The position numbers and the translations under genes were made by a program. Below are positions 39,284-48,512 of a stretch of DNA of 64,000 nucleotides, piece after piece (the stretch's first letter is position 1; every line of letters begins with the position of its first letter). The notes beneath the pieces were generated by a model. That model was given only the letters and a program-made list of their open reading frames with translations, was not told the origin of the DNA and did not search any database. The DNA is from Phycisphaerae bacterium (lineage in GTDB: Bacteria > Planctomycetota > Phycisphaerae > Sedimentisphaerales > Sedimentisphaeraceae). The stretch covers positions 477 through 64,476 of the forward strand of contig JALWYQ010000034.1 in NCBI GenBank assembly GCA_027078365.1, written 5' to 3'.

Positions 39284-39787
39284 ATGAAAAAGCTATCTTT
39301 ATTACTATTATGTGCATTAGTTGTTGGTGTAGCTTCAGCGGCTACTTTCACCCTAAACAAAGGTGAGGGAATTTATGATTTCTCATGGGCAAGCTGGGAG
39401 TACACTAACTCAGGCGACAGCTTCTTGCTAAAGGGATTTGCTGCTGGCGACCCAAGTACACAAGTTTGGGAAGTAACAGGTGATATCGCTACAGGCGATC
39501 AAGCAACTAACGTTGTGATAGATCTGTTCTCAAATGGTCCATGGGACGTAGCTTACGCTGGAACATACTACGCAACCAATGCTCTATTCACCGACTTCAA
39601 AAAGTTTAGAATCATGCAAGCTGCAGCAAATGATGCCACAGTTAGCTTTGAAGGTCAAAGCTGGATTGCTTCAGGTGATTATGCCAATAATGAATTTTCT
39701 CGCGTGCAGATTATAGTTCCAGAGCCAGCTACAATGGCACTTCTAGGTCTTGGTGGCTTGCTTGTTGCCGCAAGACGCAAAGCATAA
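39284..39787 (+). CDS. PEP-CTERM-anchored secreted protein, paralogue 4 (167 aa)
   Basis: Signal peptide. C-terminal VPEPATMALLGLGGLLVAARRKA. The N-terminal half is nearly identical to paralogue 5. Confidence 0.88.
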   Translation: MKKLSLLLLCALVVGVASAATFTLNKGEGIYDFSWASWEYTNSGDSFLLKGFAAGDPSTQVWEVTGDIATGDQATNVVIDLFSNGPWDVAYAGTYYATNALFTDFKKFRIMQAAANDATVSFEGQSWIASGDYANNEFSRVQIIVPEPATMALLGLGGLLVAARRKA

Positions 39788-39813
39788 GCACTCGCAAGAA
39801 AAAGATAACTAAA

Positions 39814-39845
39814 AGGACTCTCCAGCGATGAAGAGTCCTTTTTTA
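39814..39845 (+). terminator. Intrinsic terminator after paralogue 4
   Basis: aggactct-ccagcgatga-agagtcct followed by a T-run. Confidence 0.7.
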
Positions 39846-40037
39846 TTGACTAAGCTAACATTCTAGGCCACTTGCCTAGAGTAAAATAATGAGCTAATGG
39901 TCACAGCCAATTGAAATACGCTAAAAAGAGCATCTTTCAAAATGCCTCTTAATAAAAAAAACTTTCCTTTTTAACTGCAAAAACCCGCCTTAAAGGCCTT
40001 AAAAACGGGTTTTATCGGCACTAACCCTAAATTTTAT

Positions 40038-40066
40038 TTGAGATAGCATTAAAATTTAATTATTAT
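40038..40066 (+). promoter_or_regulatory. Sigma70-like promoter TTGAGA-17-TATTAT for paralogue 5
   Basis: Read directly. Followed by aggac. Confidence 0.45.
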
Positions 40067-40133
40067 AGGACACACAAGGTATTACTAAAGAATTACTAAT
40101 CTAACCATCAATCAAAATAGGAAGGAAAAGAAA

Positions 40134-40637
40134 ATGAAGAAATTACTACTAGTGTTGTTATGCGCAGCAATTGTTAGCGCAGCTTCAGCGGCTACTTTCA
40201 CCCTAAACAAAGGTGAGGGAATCTATGATTTCTCAAAGGCTACTTGGGAATATACCAACTCAGGTGACAGTTTCTTGCTAAAAGGCTTTGCTGCTGGCGA
40301 TCCAAGTACACAAGTTTGGGAAGTAACAGGCGATGTTGCTGGAAACAACCAAGCTACTAATGTTGTTATCAATCTATTCAACAATGGCCCATGGGATGCT
40401 TCTGACGCTGGCATATACAATGCTGATGATGCTCAGTTCACTGACTATGGAAATCAATTTAGACTTCTAATGACTGCTGCAAGCAATGCAGACGTAAGCT
40501 TCGAAGCTCAAAGCTGGGTTGTTGATGATTATGCAGCTAACGAGTTTACTCGCGTACAAATCGTTGTTCCAGAGCCAGCTACAATGGCAATTCTAGGTCT
40601 TGGTGGTTTGCTAGTTGCTGCAAGACGCAAAGCGTAA
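40134..40637 (+). CDS. PEP-CTERM-anchored secreted protein, paralogue 5 (167 aa)
   Basis: Signal peptide. C-terminal VPEPATMAILGLGGLLVAARRKA. Confidence 0.88.
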   Translation: MKKLLLVLLCAAIVSAASAATFTLNKGEGIYDFSKATWEYTNSGDSFLLKGFAAGDPSTQVWEVTGDVAGNNQATNVVINLFNNGPWDASDAGIYNADDAQFTDYGNQFRLLMTAASNADVSFEAQSWVVDDYAANEFTRVQIVVPEPATMAILGLGGLLVAARRKA

Positions 40638-40664
40638 GAAAGATAAAACAACAAAACACTCAAA

Positions 40665-40697
40665 AGGACTCTTCAAAATGAAGGGTCCTTTTTTTTA
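40665..40697 (+). terminator. Intrinsic terminator after paralogue 5
   Basis: aggactctt-caaaatg-aagggtcct followed by T8. Confidence 0.65.
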
Positions 40698-40753
40698 TAG
40701 TCATCATTACCGCCAGCAAGAAATCCTATTCTGTGCCCCTAGCATCCTTTGCG

Positions 40754-41653
40754 TTAATCTTTCCTGAAATGCGGCAAATCAGGCTCTATATGAACAATAA
40801 TATTCATTGGCCTTTGCATATGGCTGCGCAAATCATCTTCTAGATTATCTGAAATTTCATGCGCCAACGTAACTGAGATATCTGGGTCAACTAGAATATG
40901 CAAATCCAAGAATAGCTCTCGCCCTACACTTCTAGTACGCAATTTATGCCACTGCTTAATGTGCTTGTTAGAGCTAATAACAGTTTCAATCTCATCGATT
41001 ATATCTTGATCTACAGCGCAATCAGCGAATTCTCTGATACAGGATTCAAGAACTTTCATAGCTGCAAGAATCATCATAAAACCAACAGCTGCTGTAGCAA
41101 ATCTATCGCCGTACTCAAATCCCAGACGTAGCGAAATTAACCCGACCAAAACCGCTACCGAACTGAATGCATCAGACCTATGATGCCAAGCATTAGCATA
41201 CAGCGCTGCGCTATGAGTTCTCTTGGCAACCGCCCTTGTTTTTCTGTAAAGCCATTCTTTGGAAATAATCGAAGCTATTGCCACCCAAATCGCTATTGGT
41301 CTGACATCTTCAACTTCATGATTAACAATTGATAGAGCAGATTTGGCTATCATTGCGCAGCCAAGCAAGAATAAAACAATAGCAATAAATAAGCTAGCAA
41401 AAGTATTGTACCATTCATGCCCATACGGGTGCTTATGGTCTGGTTCTCTAGAAGAGAGTTTTGTACCAAGAATGACAGCTGCATCAGTTACCAAATCACT
41501 AAAAGAGTGTATGCCATCACTCAATAGAGCCATTGAACCAGAGAAGAAACCAATTACAATCTTACCAATACCAAGCAATACATTTACCAGTATTCCAAAA
41601 AGATTGATTCTTAGTATCAGCTTCTCTTGGATAGCCTTTATATCGTTATCCAT
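40754..41653 (-). CDS. Cation diffusion facilitator (CDF) family metal efflux transporter
   Basis: Six TM helices. SGSMALLSDGIHSFSD and HHRSDAFSS metal-site motifs. C-terminal cytoplasmic domain (LHILVDPDISVTLAHEI). Confidence 0.9.
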   Translation of the reverse strand: MDNDIKAIQEKLILRINLFGILVNVLLGIGKIVIGFFSGSMALLSDGIHSFSDLVTDAAVILGTKLSSREPDHKHPYGHEWYNTFASLFIAIVLFLLGCAMIAKSALSIVNHEVEDVRPIAIWVAIASIISKEWLYRKTRAVAKRTHSAALYANAWHHRSDAFSSVAVLVGLISLRLGFEYGDRFATAAVGFMMILAAMKVLESCIREFADCAVDQDIIDEIETVISSNKHIKQWHKLRTRSVGRELFLDLHILVDPDISVTLAHEISDNLEDDLRSHMQRPMNIIVHIEPDLPHFRKD

Positions 41654-41668
41654 CGCAACATTCTCAAT

Positions 41669-43045
41669 TTAGCTAGCTAAAACGCTATCACAGATATCTC
41701 TGGCCTGTTGCATATACTTTTCAAGGGCTTCACTACTGTCAGCCTCAGCGATAATGCGCATAATTGGCTCTGTGTTGCTACCACGCAGATGAATCCAGCC
41801 ATCGCTAAAATCAAAACGATACCCATCTCTGGTATCGACAGTAGCATCTGTAAAGACTTCTTTTGCCTTCTCAAGAACGACGGCAATCTTGTCTTTATCA
41901 ACTCTAAATTTATCTTTAGCCATTATGAATGTAGGAATATCCGCTACTATTTCCTCAAGACTCTTGCCTTGGTCGGCTATTAAATCAAGAACTAACGCCA
42001 TAGCAACTAAACTATCGCGAACCGGTCCAACGCGCAAGTCAATAACACCGCCGTTACCTTCTCCGCCAATTACACATCCGTTTTCTACCATAGCACCAGC
42101 TACGTTTGCCTCACCAACAGGCGTTCTAATAACCTCTCCACCATTTTCCTCTGCCAAAACGTCAATCATACGCGAAGTAGATAGATTTGCAGCAGCTTTG
42201 CCCTTGCTTCTACTAAACACAAGCTTAGCGGCAAGAGCAAGGGTGAACTCTTCTCCAATGTAATTTCCTTTAGAATCTACGATAGCAAGCCTATCAGCAT
42301 CTGGGTCTTGCGCAAAACCAATATCTGCGCCAACTTCCTTAACCTTCTCGCAAAGTGTAACGAGATTTTCTTTAGTTGGTTCTGGAGTATGTGCGAAGAT
42401 TCCTGTTTGCTCTAGGTTCATTCCAATGACTTCGCAACCAAGTTGTTCTAGGAGGTTCTTACCAATACGCCCACCTGCACCATTGACGCTATCTAAAACA
42501 ACCTTGAGCTTTCTATCTCTAATAGAGGCCACATTACAAATCTTCTTAACCTTCTCAATATGGACAGAATCGGTTGTCGTATCGGTCTTAATGCGACCAC
42601 AATCAATACTTGGGGTTAGCTCAAAATCTTTATCAAAATAGGATTGTCTAATCTTTGTTGCAACATCTATAGGTGGTGCAATGCCATCATCAAGTAACAA
42701 CTTTATGCCATTGTATTGGATTGGGTTATGAGATGCCGTAATTACAATACCACCAGCACAACCAAGTTCTCGAATCATAATACCAACACATGGAGTTGTA
42801 ACGATGCCCAAGAGAACAACATCAATACCAACTGCGCAAAGGCCAGAAGCAACAGCAGACTCAATCATCTCGCCAGATGGACGAGAGTCCCTACCAACAC
42901 AAACTCTAAGCCTTTCTGAACTATTCTTTTTTTTCTTTATATAGTTTCCAAATGCACTCGCATATTCAGAGGCGATTGATGGTGAAAGATTTTCTCCAAC
43001 AATTCCGCGCATTCCACTGATACTTATAATTAACTCTTCTGCCAT
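41669..43045 (-). CDS. Alpha-D-phosphohexomutase family enzyme (phosphoglucomutase / phosphomannomutase / GlmM-like)
   Basis: SGMRGIVG. Phosphoserine loop TASHNPIQYNGIK. Mg loop FAQDPDADR. Sugar loop GGEGNGG. Phosphate loop RGSNTEP. Confidence 0.85.
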   Translation of the reverse strand: MAEELIISISGMRGIVGENLSPSIASEYASAFGNYIKKKKNSSERLRVCVGRDSRPSGEMIESAVASGLCAVGIDVVLLGIVTTPCVGIMIRELGCAGGIVITASHNPIQYNGIKLLLDDGIAPPIDVATKIRQSYFDKDFELTPSIDCGRIKTDTTTDSVHIEKVKKICNVASIRDRKLKVVLDSVNGAGGRIGKNLLEQLGCEVIGMNLEQTGIFAHTPEPTKENLVTLCEKVKEVGADIGFAQDPDADRLAIVDSKGNYIGEEFTLALAAKLVFSRSKGKAAANLSTSRMIDVLAEENGGEVIRTPVGEANVAGAMVENGCVIGGEGNGGVIDLRVGPVRDSLVAMALVLDLIADQGKSLEEIVADIPTFIMAKDKFRVDKDKIAVVLEKAKEVFTDATVDTRDGYRFDFSDGWIHLRGSNTEPIMRIIAEADSSEALEKYMQQARDICDSVLAS

Positions 43046-43062
43046 CAGACTAAACTCCTATG

Positions 43063-44772
43063 TTAGAACTTTCTAGAACGCTCTAAAACATCCCTTAATT
43101 TCTCTACAACTTCAGTAACTTCCTTTTCTTCCAGCGATAAAATATCACGCAATGCCTCACCAATATGTGGCAAGTACGTCTGGATGTAGCTACGTTTTGA
43201 AAGCTCTTGCTTTATTCTTTTTTGCCTTCTAACGTGCTGGCCAAGCTTGCGCCCACATTCTTGAACGGCAAGTTTGATTTCCTTTATAATCTCTGGATAA
43301 TGCGCAATGGCCTCTTTACTTTCTGATGTAAATGGAACCCACACACTCGCAATGTGAACCATAAGCACCATAGGACCACTCGGCAATGCCCCCCTACTCT
43401 GACTTATGCCATAATTGCGCCAATTTGTATCTACTACCGCTTTGTAGATGGCACCTCCAGATTGTTGATAAAGCAGAGGCACACGGTTGGCAATACGCTT
43501 TAATTGCATAAGTGGTGCCCTATCATCATCGTCTTTCTTTTTAGCTTTTGGATCCTTTACACCATAAGCTAGCGCAGCTTCTATTAAAAACGGATTGCCT
43601 CGATACACTGACGGACGTCTCGTACAGGTTGCGTAAAATTCTGCATCAACTACCCTGCGCAGCCCTTCTTCAAGACGCTCTTCTCCAATCGGGCCAATAC
43701 AACTTGTACTTGGTGCCATAATCTTGGTTTCATTGATTGATTTATGCAACGCCTCAATCTCTTGAAGAGTTGCTTTGGATGGCTTCAACTGCAAGCTAAG
43801 ATTGGCATTCTTAGTTATTTGCTTTGCAAGATTGGTGCTAACTCTTGAAAAATCTTCATGTAAAAACTGAGGTATCTTCTTTGCCTTACTCTCACGCGCC
43901 ATCTTGAAAAGCATTCCAAGTTCGACACCGTAAGGGTGAGGTTTAATCTCAACAGGAATAAAAGGAAGCTCACTACTTTGGCGTTTGTACTCATGGCACA
44001 TTCCATCTGGTGAATAATAGATTATTGTCGCATGTGGATTTGCCATTGCAGTCTGAGAGATATACTCATCAACGCTTTGCTTGCCCTTTAAATATTTACC
44101 CTCAAGGGTTATAACAACTTGAGTACCTGTCGGTAAATCAAAATCACATTCAGAATCCATAATAACATCTGGTTTGTTTTTAGATGTATCAATCTGAACA
44201 TGACAATGATAAGCTGGCTTATTAGGTGACGTTCGTGAGATAACTTCAACTGGCTCGCCTGTTGTAATTAAACCATACATACCAGCAGCACTAATTCCTA
44301 TTCCTTGCTGGCCACGACTCATCTTTAGAGAGTGAAACTTGCTTCCATACAACAGTCTTGCAAAGATATTAGGAACTTGCCTTTTAACAATACCAGGACC
44401 ATTATCCTTTATTGTTATCTTATACTTGTTATCTGTGAGTTGCTTTATAATGACTGTGATATCTGGCAGAATGTGCGCCTCTTCACAGGCGTCAAGTGCA
44501 TTATCTACCGCTTCCTTTACGGTAGTTAGTAACGCCTTGCGGGGATTATCAAAGCCGAGGAGGTGCCTGTTTTTCGCAAAGAACTCACTAATACTGATAT
44601 CACGTTGCTTAGTAGCCATAGACTCGGCCGTTGCACCGCTTCTCTTCTTGGGCTTACTTTTTGCTTTTTGTTTCGGTGTTGTCTTAGTCTTTTCTGTATG
44701 TTCTTGGCTAACTTCTTCACTATCAAACGCAAAACCAAGCTGATTTACATCATCAACTTTTCTTACTGCCAT
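43063..44772 (-). CDS. top6B: DNA topoisomerase VI subunit B (archaeal-type GHKL ATPase)
   Basis: ISEFFAKNRHLLGFDNPRKALLTTVKEAVDNALDA (N-box), IKDNGPGI...FARLLYGSKF (G1), KPHPYGV, RIANRVPLLYQQ, HIASVWVPFTSESKEAIA. These line up with the Sulfolobus Top6B sequence as I recall it. It carries an extra, roughly 55-aa Lys-rich N-terminal tail. Confidence 0.88.
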   Translation of the reverse strand: MAVRKVDDVNQLGFAFDSEEVSQEHTEKTKTTPKQKAKSKPKKRSGATAESMATKQRDISISEFFAKNRHLLGFDNPRKALLTTVKEAVDNALDACEEAHILPDITVIIKQLTDNKYKITIKDNGPGIVKRQVPNIFARLLYGSKFHSLKMSRGQQGIGISAAGMYGLITTGEPVEVISRTSPNKPAYHCHVQIDTSKNKPDVIMDSECDFDLPTGTQVVITLEGKYLKGKQSVDEYISQTAMANPHATIIYYSPDGMCHEYKRQSSELPFIPVEIKPHPYGVELGMLFKMARESKAKKIPQFLHEDFSRVSTNLAKQITKNANLSLQLKPSKATLQEIEALHKSINETKIMAPSTSCIGPIGEERLEEGLRRVVDAEFYATCTRRPSVYRGNPFLIEAALAYGVKDPKAKKKDDDDRAPLMQLKRIANRVPLLYQQSGGAIYKAVVDTNWRNYGISQSRGALPSGPMVLMVHIASVWVPFTSESKEAIAHYPEIIKEIKLAVQECGRKLGQHVRRQKRIKQELSKRSYIQTYLPHIGEALRDILSLEEKEVTEVVEKLRDVLERSRKF

Positions 44773-44842
44773 ACAACCAAACTCCCTTTTGGAAAAGCGG
44801 TGCTACCTTTTAGTAGATGGCACCGTTTGATTCATTTCATTT

Positions 44843-46432
44843 TTAACTTAGATTGCAGAGGTAGAGCTTATTGACAAAATCCAATTCTTTCAACTCTGCA
44901 ATAGCATCACTATCGAGAGTCTTATCAAGATTGACAGCTAAGATTGCCGTTCCTTTTTCTGTGTTATGACCAACACCCATTGTGCCAATATTAACCCCAT
45001 ACTTGCCACAGATACTACCGACAGCACCAATAACACCTGGCTTATCCTCATTATAAATTACCATAACCGGACCAGCTGGAGCAAACTCAAGTAGGAAATC
45101 ATCAATAGCAATGATACGCATAACATCTTGAGCGTAAACAGTTCCTGTTATCTTGCGTGTAACTTTATCAGTTGTAACTATAGCGGTAAAGCTCGAAGAA
45201 ACTCCCTTTGCCTTATCGTTTTTCATCTCATCAATGCTAATTCCACGCTCTTTAGCAAGAACACCAACATTGACCATATTTACAGGAACATCAAAACTTG
45301 GCTCAAGCAAACCTATCGAAAAGGCCGTAGTTACAGCAGAAACATCTTTAGTTGCTATTGAACCACGATACTCAAGTTTAATGTCTTGGATTTGTCCTTC
45401 AACGATGCTATTCATTATATTACCAATACGTTTGGCTAGATCTGCATAGGCCAAAACCTTTTGCGGTATAGAAGCTCCCATAGACGGAGCATTAAGAGCA
45501 TTTTGAATTGGGCCACCCTTAATTGCATCAGCCAAAATCTTTGCCGCTTCTACGGCAACTTCAATCTGCGCTTCTTGTGTACTAGCTCCGAGGTGAGGAG
45601 TTACGACACAGTTTGGTGCAGTTGAAAACCCTGTATTCTTAGGCGGCTCTTCGTTAAACACATCTAACGCAGCACCAGCAATCTGACCTTCTTCAAGTGC
45701 CTTGTAAAGCGCATCTTCATTTATAATACCACCACGTGCGCAGTTTATAATACGAGCAGTAGGTTTCATCATTTTGAACTGCTCGGTAGAAATCATATTT
45801 GTTGTCTGCTCATTTCTTGGCACATGCAGAGTGATGTAGTCGGCTACTGCATAAATATCCTCTGGAGACTTTGCAACTTCAACGCCCAAATCAATTGCAG
45901 TTTGAGGCACAGCGAAAGGATCATAACCAATAACTTTCATATTAAAGCCAAGAGCCATCTTAACGACAGCCATTCCAATTCTACCAAGCCCTATAACTCC
46001 AAGCGTTTTTGAATTAAGCTGATTACCCATATACTTCTTGCGATCCCAAGCACCCGCCTTTAGACTTGTACAAGCAGGAACTATATTTCTACTAAGAGAA
46101 AGCATCAGTGCCATAGTATGCTCTGCCGCACTGAGAGTATTTCCACCAGGAGTATTCATTACCAAAATACCCTTGCGTGTCGCTGCAGGGATATCAATAT
46201 TATCCACACCAACTCCAGCCCTTGCAATGCCCTTTAGTTTGCCACTATTTTCAAGAACCTTTGCTGTTACCTGAGTTGCACTGCGGATAATCAAACCATC
46301 ATAATCACCAATTATCTCACAAAGCTCATCTTCGCTGATACCAGTTTTAACAACTGGTTCAAAACCATCCATAGAGGCTATGAGATCTATACCTTCCTGC
46401 GCTAACTTATCAGTGATAAGTATCTTAAACAT
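44843..46432 (-). CDS. serA: D-3-phosphoglycerate dehydrogenase, long form with ASB and ACT domains
   Basis: MFKILITDKL start (GGAG Shine-Dalgarno before the ATG at 46432; an alternative ATG is at 46444). NAD motif GVIGLGRIG. Catalytic ARGG...DV...EP..HLGAST. C-terminal ACT-like region (VMVIYNEDKPGVIGAVGSI). Confidence 0.92.
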   Translation of the reverse strand: MFKILITDKLAQEGIDLIASMDGFEPVVKTGISEDELCEIIGDYDGLIIRSATQVTAKVLENSGKLKGIARAGVGVDNIDIPAATRKGILVMNTPGGNTLSAAEHTMALMLSLSRNIVPACTSLKAGAWDRKKYMGNQLNSKTLGVIGLGRIGMAVVKMALGFNMKVIGYDPFAVPQTAIDLGVEVAKSPEDIYAVADYITLHVPRNEQTTNMISTEQFKMMKPTARIINCARGGIINEDALYKALEEGQIAGAALDVFNEEPPKNTGFSTAPNCVVTPHLGASTQEAQIEVAVEAAKILADAIKGGPIQNALNAPSMGASIPQKVLAYADLAKRIGNIMNSIVEGQIQDIKLEYRGSIATKDVSAVTTAFSIGLLEPSFDVPVNMVNVGVLAKERGISIDEMKNDKAKGVSSSFTAIVTTDKVTRKITGTVYAQDVMRIIAIDDFLLEFAPAGPVMVIYNEDKPGVIGAVGSICGKYGVNIGTMGVGHNTEKGTAILAVNLDKTLDSDAIAELKELDFVNKLYLCNLS

Positions 46433-46471
46433 TTCATTCTCCATCTATCAATGCAATAATAGCTATATCGA

Positions 46472-47128
46472 TTACCATTGACCAATTGAGTGGTCAACCT
46501 TCTCTTCTAATACCTTGTAATGTATGCTCTGGCAGTCGTAAAGATCTCGCACTACGCAATGACCTGCTGCTGCAGAGAGCCTATCAGATATCTTATCTTC
46601 ACCCTTAGCCGCTTCAACATTAAGCTCAATATCTTTGCCCTTACCCTCAGCAGGCCAGAGCTTGACTTGATCTTTAACATCGAAAACAGCCCAGCTAACA
46701 ACCAAAGAACCGCTATAATAACCTGCCGTTGGCAATTCGTAAAGACTATAATCAGCAATAGTTACAACGATAACGATATCCGCTTTCAGCAATTTTCCTA
46801 TCTGATATGCGCTCAATAGTCCATAATTTGGCACAGAATTTCTCAGCTTTGCAACGTCTTTGTATTTGACAATATCTTTGACTTTTAAATGGTCTTTAAG
46901 CTGAGACGATACTGCTTTGGTAATCTTGTAATATAAGTTTGCCGTTGCGCTACCCCTGCCGGGATACTCAACAACAACTGCATATTTAGACTTCTTAAAT
47001 GCAGACATATCCACCTTTGCGGGCTCTACCTTGTGAACACCATTGGGAGATGCCACAATCGATATGAGTTGGCAACCACCAGATGCGATTGTTAATAACG
47101 CCAAGAATAACAGCTTACATTTTTGCAT
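46472..47128 (-). CDS. Lipoprotein, unknown function
   Basis: LLFLALLTIASGGC lipobox, 218 aa. Confidence 0.65.
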   Translation of the reverse strand: MQKCKLLFLALLTIASGGCQLISIVASPNGVHKVEPAKVDMSAFKKSKYAVVVEYPGRGSATANLYYKITKAVSSQLKDHLKVKDIVKYKDVAKLRNSVPNYGLLSAYQIGKLLKADIVIVVTIADYSLYELPTAGYYSGSLVVSWAVFDVKDQVKLWPAEGKGKDIELNVEAAKGEDKISDRLSAAAGHCVVRDLYDCQSIHYKVLEEKVDHSIGQW

Positions 47129-47136
47129 ATTTACTC

Positions 47137-47595
47137 CTACATCTTCGCTAATGCTCTAGAGAGCGTGACCGCCCAACCGCCGAGCAAAACAATAATTCCA
47201 ATTAGGATAACGTATCTGACAGGGATAGCCAACAGCCGACAATATATAAATCGCAAATCTACGCCCAAAATAATCAGAAATGAACACAACCACGCAAATA
47301 CAAGCAATACACAGATAAACGCCGCCGCTGGTTGTAAATAAAACGCCTGCGAGAAATCCCCTGCGACAAAGCTACAAACAGAGCGAGTCATACCGCAGGT
47401 TGGACAGGGAACGTGGTATCTCTGCTGTATTCCACATATACCAAACATTCTTTGCGCATCTAAAATTCCATTATTGAAACACCAAGCTACGAGAAAGAAG
47501 CCGCTAATTGCTATCATTACGACAGCAGCAACAGCTTTTTCATGGGCTCTAGTACAATTACTCTTAATAGAAGATTTGCTTCTTTGGTTCATCAA
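47137..47595 (-). CDS. DUF2752-like membrane protein
   Basis: CPTCGMTRS motif between TM helices, typical of DUF2752 as I recall it. 152 aa. Confidence 0.65.
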   Translation of the reverse strand: MMNQRSKSSIKSNCTRAHEKAVAAVVMIAISGFFLVAWCFNNGILDAQRMFGICGIQQRYHVPCPTCGMTRSVCSFVAGDFSQAFYLQPAAAFICVLLVFAWLCSFLIILGVDLRFIYCRLLAIPVRYVILIGIIVLLGGWAVTLSRALAKM

Positions 47596-47689
47596 AGATA
47601 AAATAGCACATTCGTATTAACTGTCAAGCTATATCGGAGAGCTTAATGCCATATTGAGATAGTTAAAAAACTTTAGAACTGAGTTTAGT

Positions 47690-48505
47690 ATGCAATTGAA
47701 TAAAACACAATTAACACAGATGCTTAATGTCGCACTAGAAGCGGCTAAAATAGCGGGCAATCAAGCTCTTTTAGCCATTGACACCACTGATATCTCCATA
47801 AAAAATGGTGACGAAATAGTTACCCAGATGGATCTTATCTGTCAAAAATTAATTATCGACCACATCATAAAGCACTTCCCAAACGACGGCATAATAGCCG
47901 AAGAGACGAACGAAGGCGAGATACTAAAACAGAAGCCCCAAAATGGCTCGGATACTTGGTGGGTGATAGATCCAATAGATGGAACAAACAATTATGCACA
48001 CAAGATAATGGACTTCACCGTCAGTATCGCTGCAACCAGTGGCGGTGAACCAGTACTTGGTGTTATATATGCCCCAGCAACCAATCTCTCATTCACCGCC
48101 ATAAAGGGAGCTGGAGCAAAATTAAACTCAAAGCCTATCACAGTTAGCAATGAAGAACTAACCAAATTCTCCCACATTGCTGTTGGCAGCCATTTCTCTA
48201 AAGACCACCAAGCCAGCATAATCAAACTCTTAGAGATGGTTAAATTTAGAAATCTCGGCTCAACCGCACTGCATCTAGCATACGTAGCAAACGCCTCTTT
48301 GATTTGTAGCCTAAGCAATCAAGCAAAGCTCTGGGACATTGCCGCCGGCGTAATAATAATTGAAGAGGCTGGAGGAAAGGTTACAGATTGGCACGGAAAA
48401 GCAATTTTCCCAATAGATGAGGCAAGCTACAACAAAGAAAATTACCGCCTAATCGCAACTAACCAAACAACACATTCTAAAATACTTAATCTTCTAAGGA
48501 AATAG
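47690..48505 (+). CDS. Inositol monophosphatase family protein (SuhB/CysQ-like)
   Basis: EE...WVIDPIDGTNNY and WDIAAG motifs. Confidence 0.88.
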   Translation: MQLNKTQLTQMLNVALEAAKIAGNQALLAIDTTDISIKNGDEIVTQMDLICQKLIIDHIIKHFPNDGIIAEETNEGEILKQKPQNGSDTWWVIDPIDGTNNYAHKIMDFTVSIAATSGGEPVLGVIYAPATNLSFTAIKGAGAKLNSKPITVSNEELTKFSHIAVGSHFSKDHQASIIKLLEMVKFRNLGSTALHLAYVANASLICSLSNQAKLWDIAAGVIIIEEAGGKVTDWHGKAIFPIDEASYNKENYRLIATNQTTHSKILNLLRK

Positions 48506-48512
48506 CAACACT

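Noticed and set aside
44339-44743. 134-aa plus-strand ORF inside top6B
   Set aside because: It is antisense to a confidently identified gene and has no independent support.
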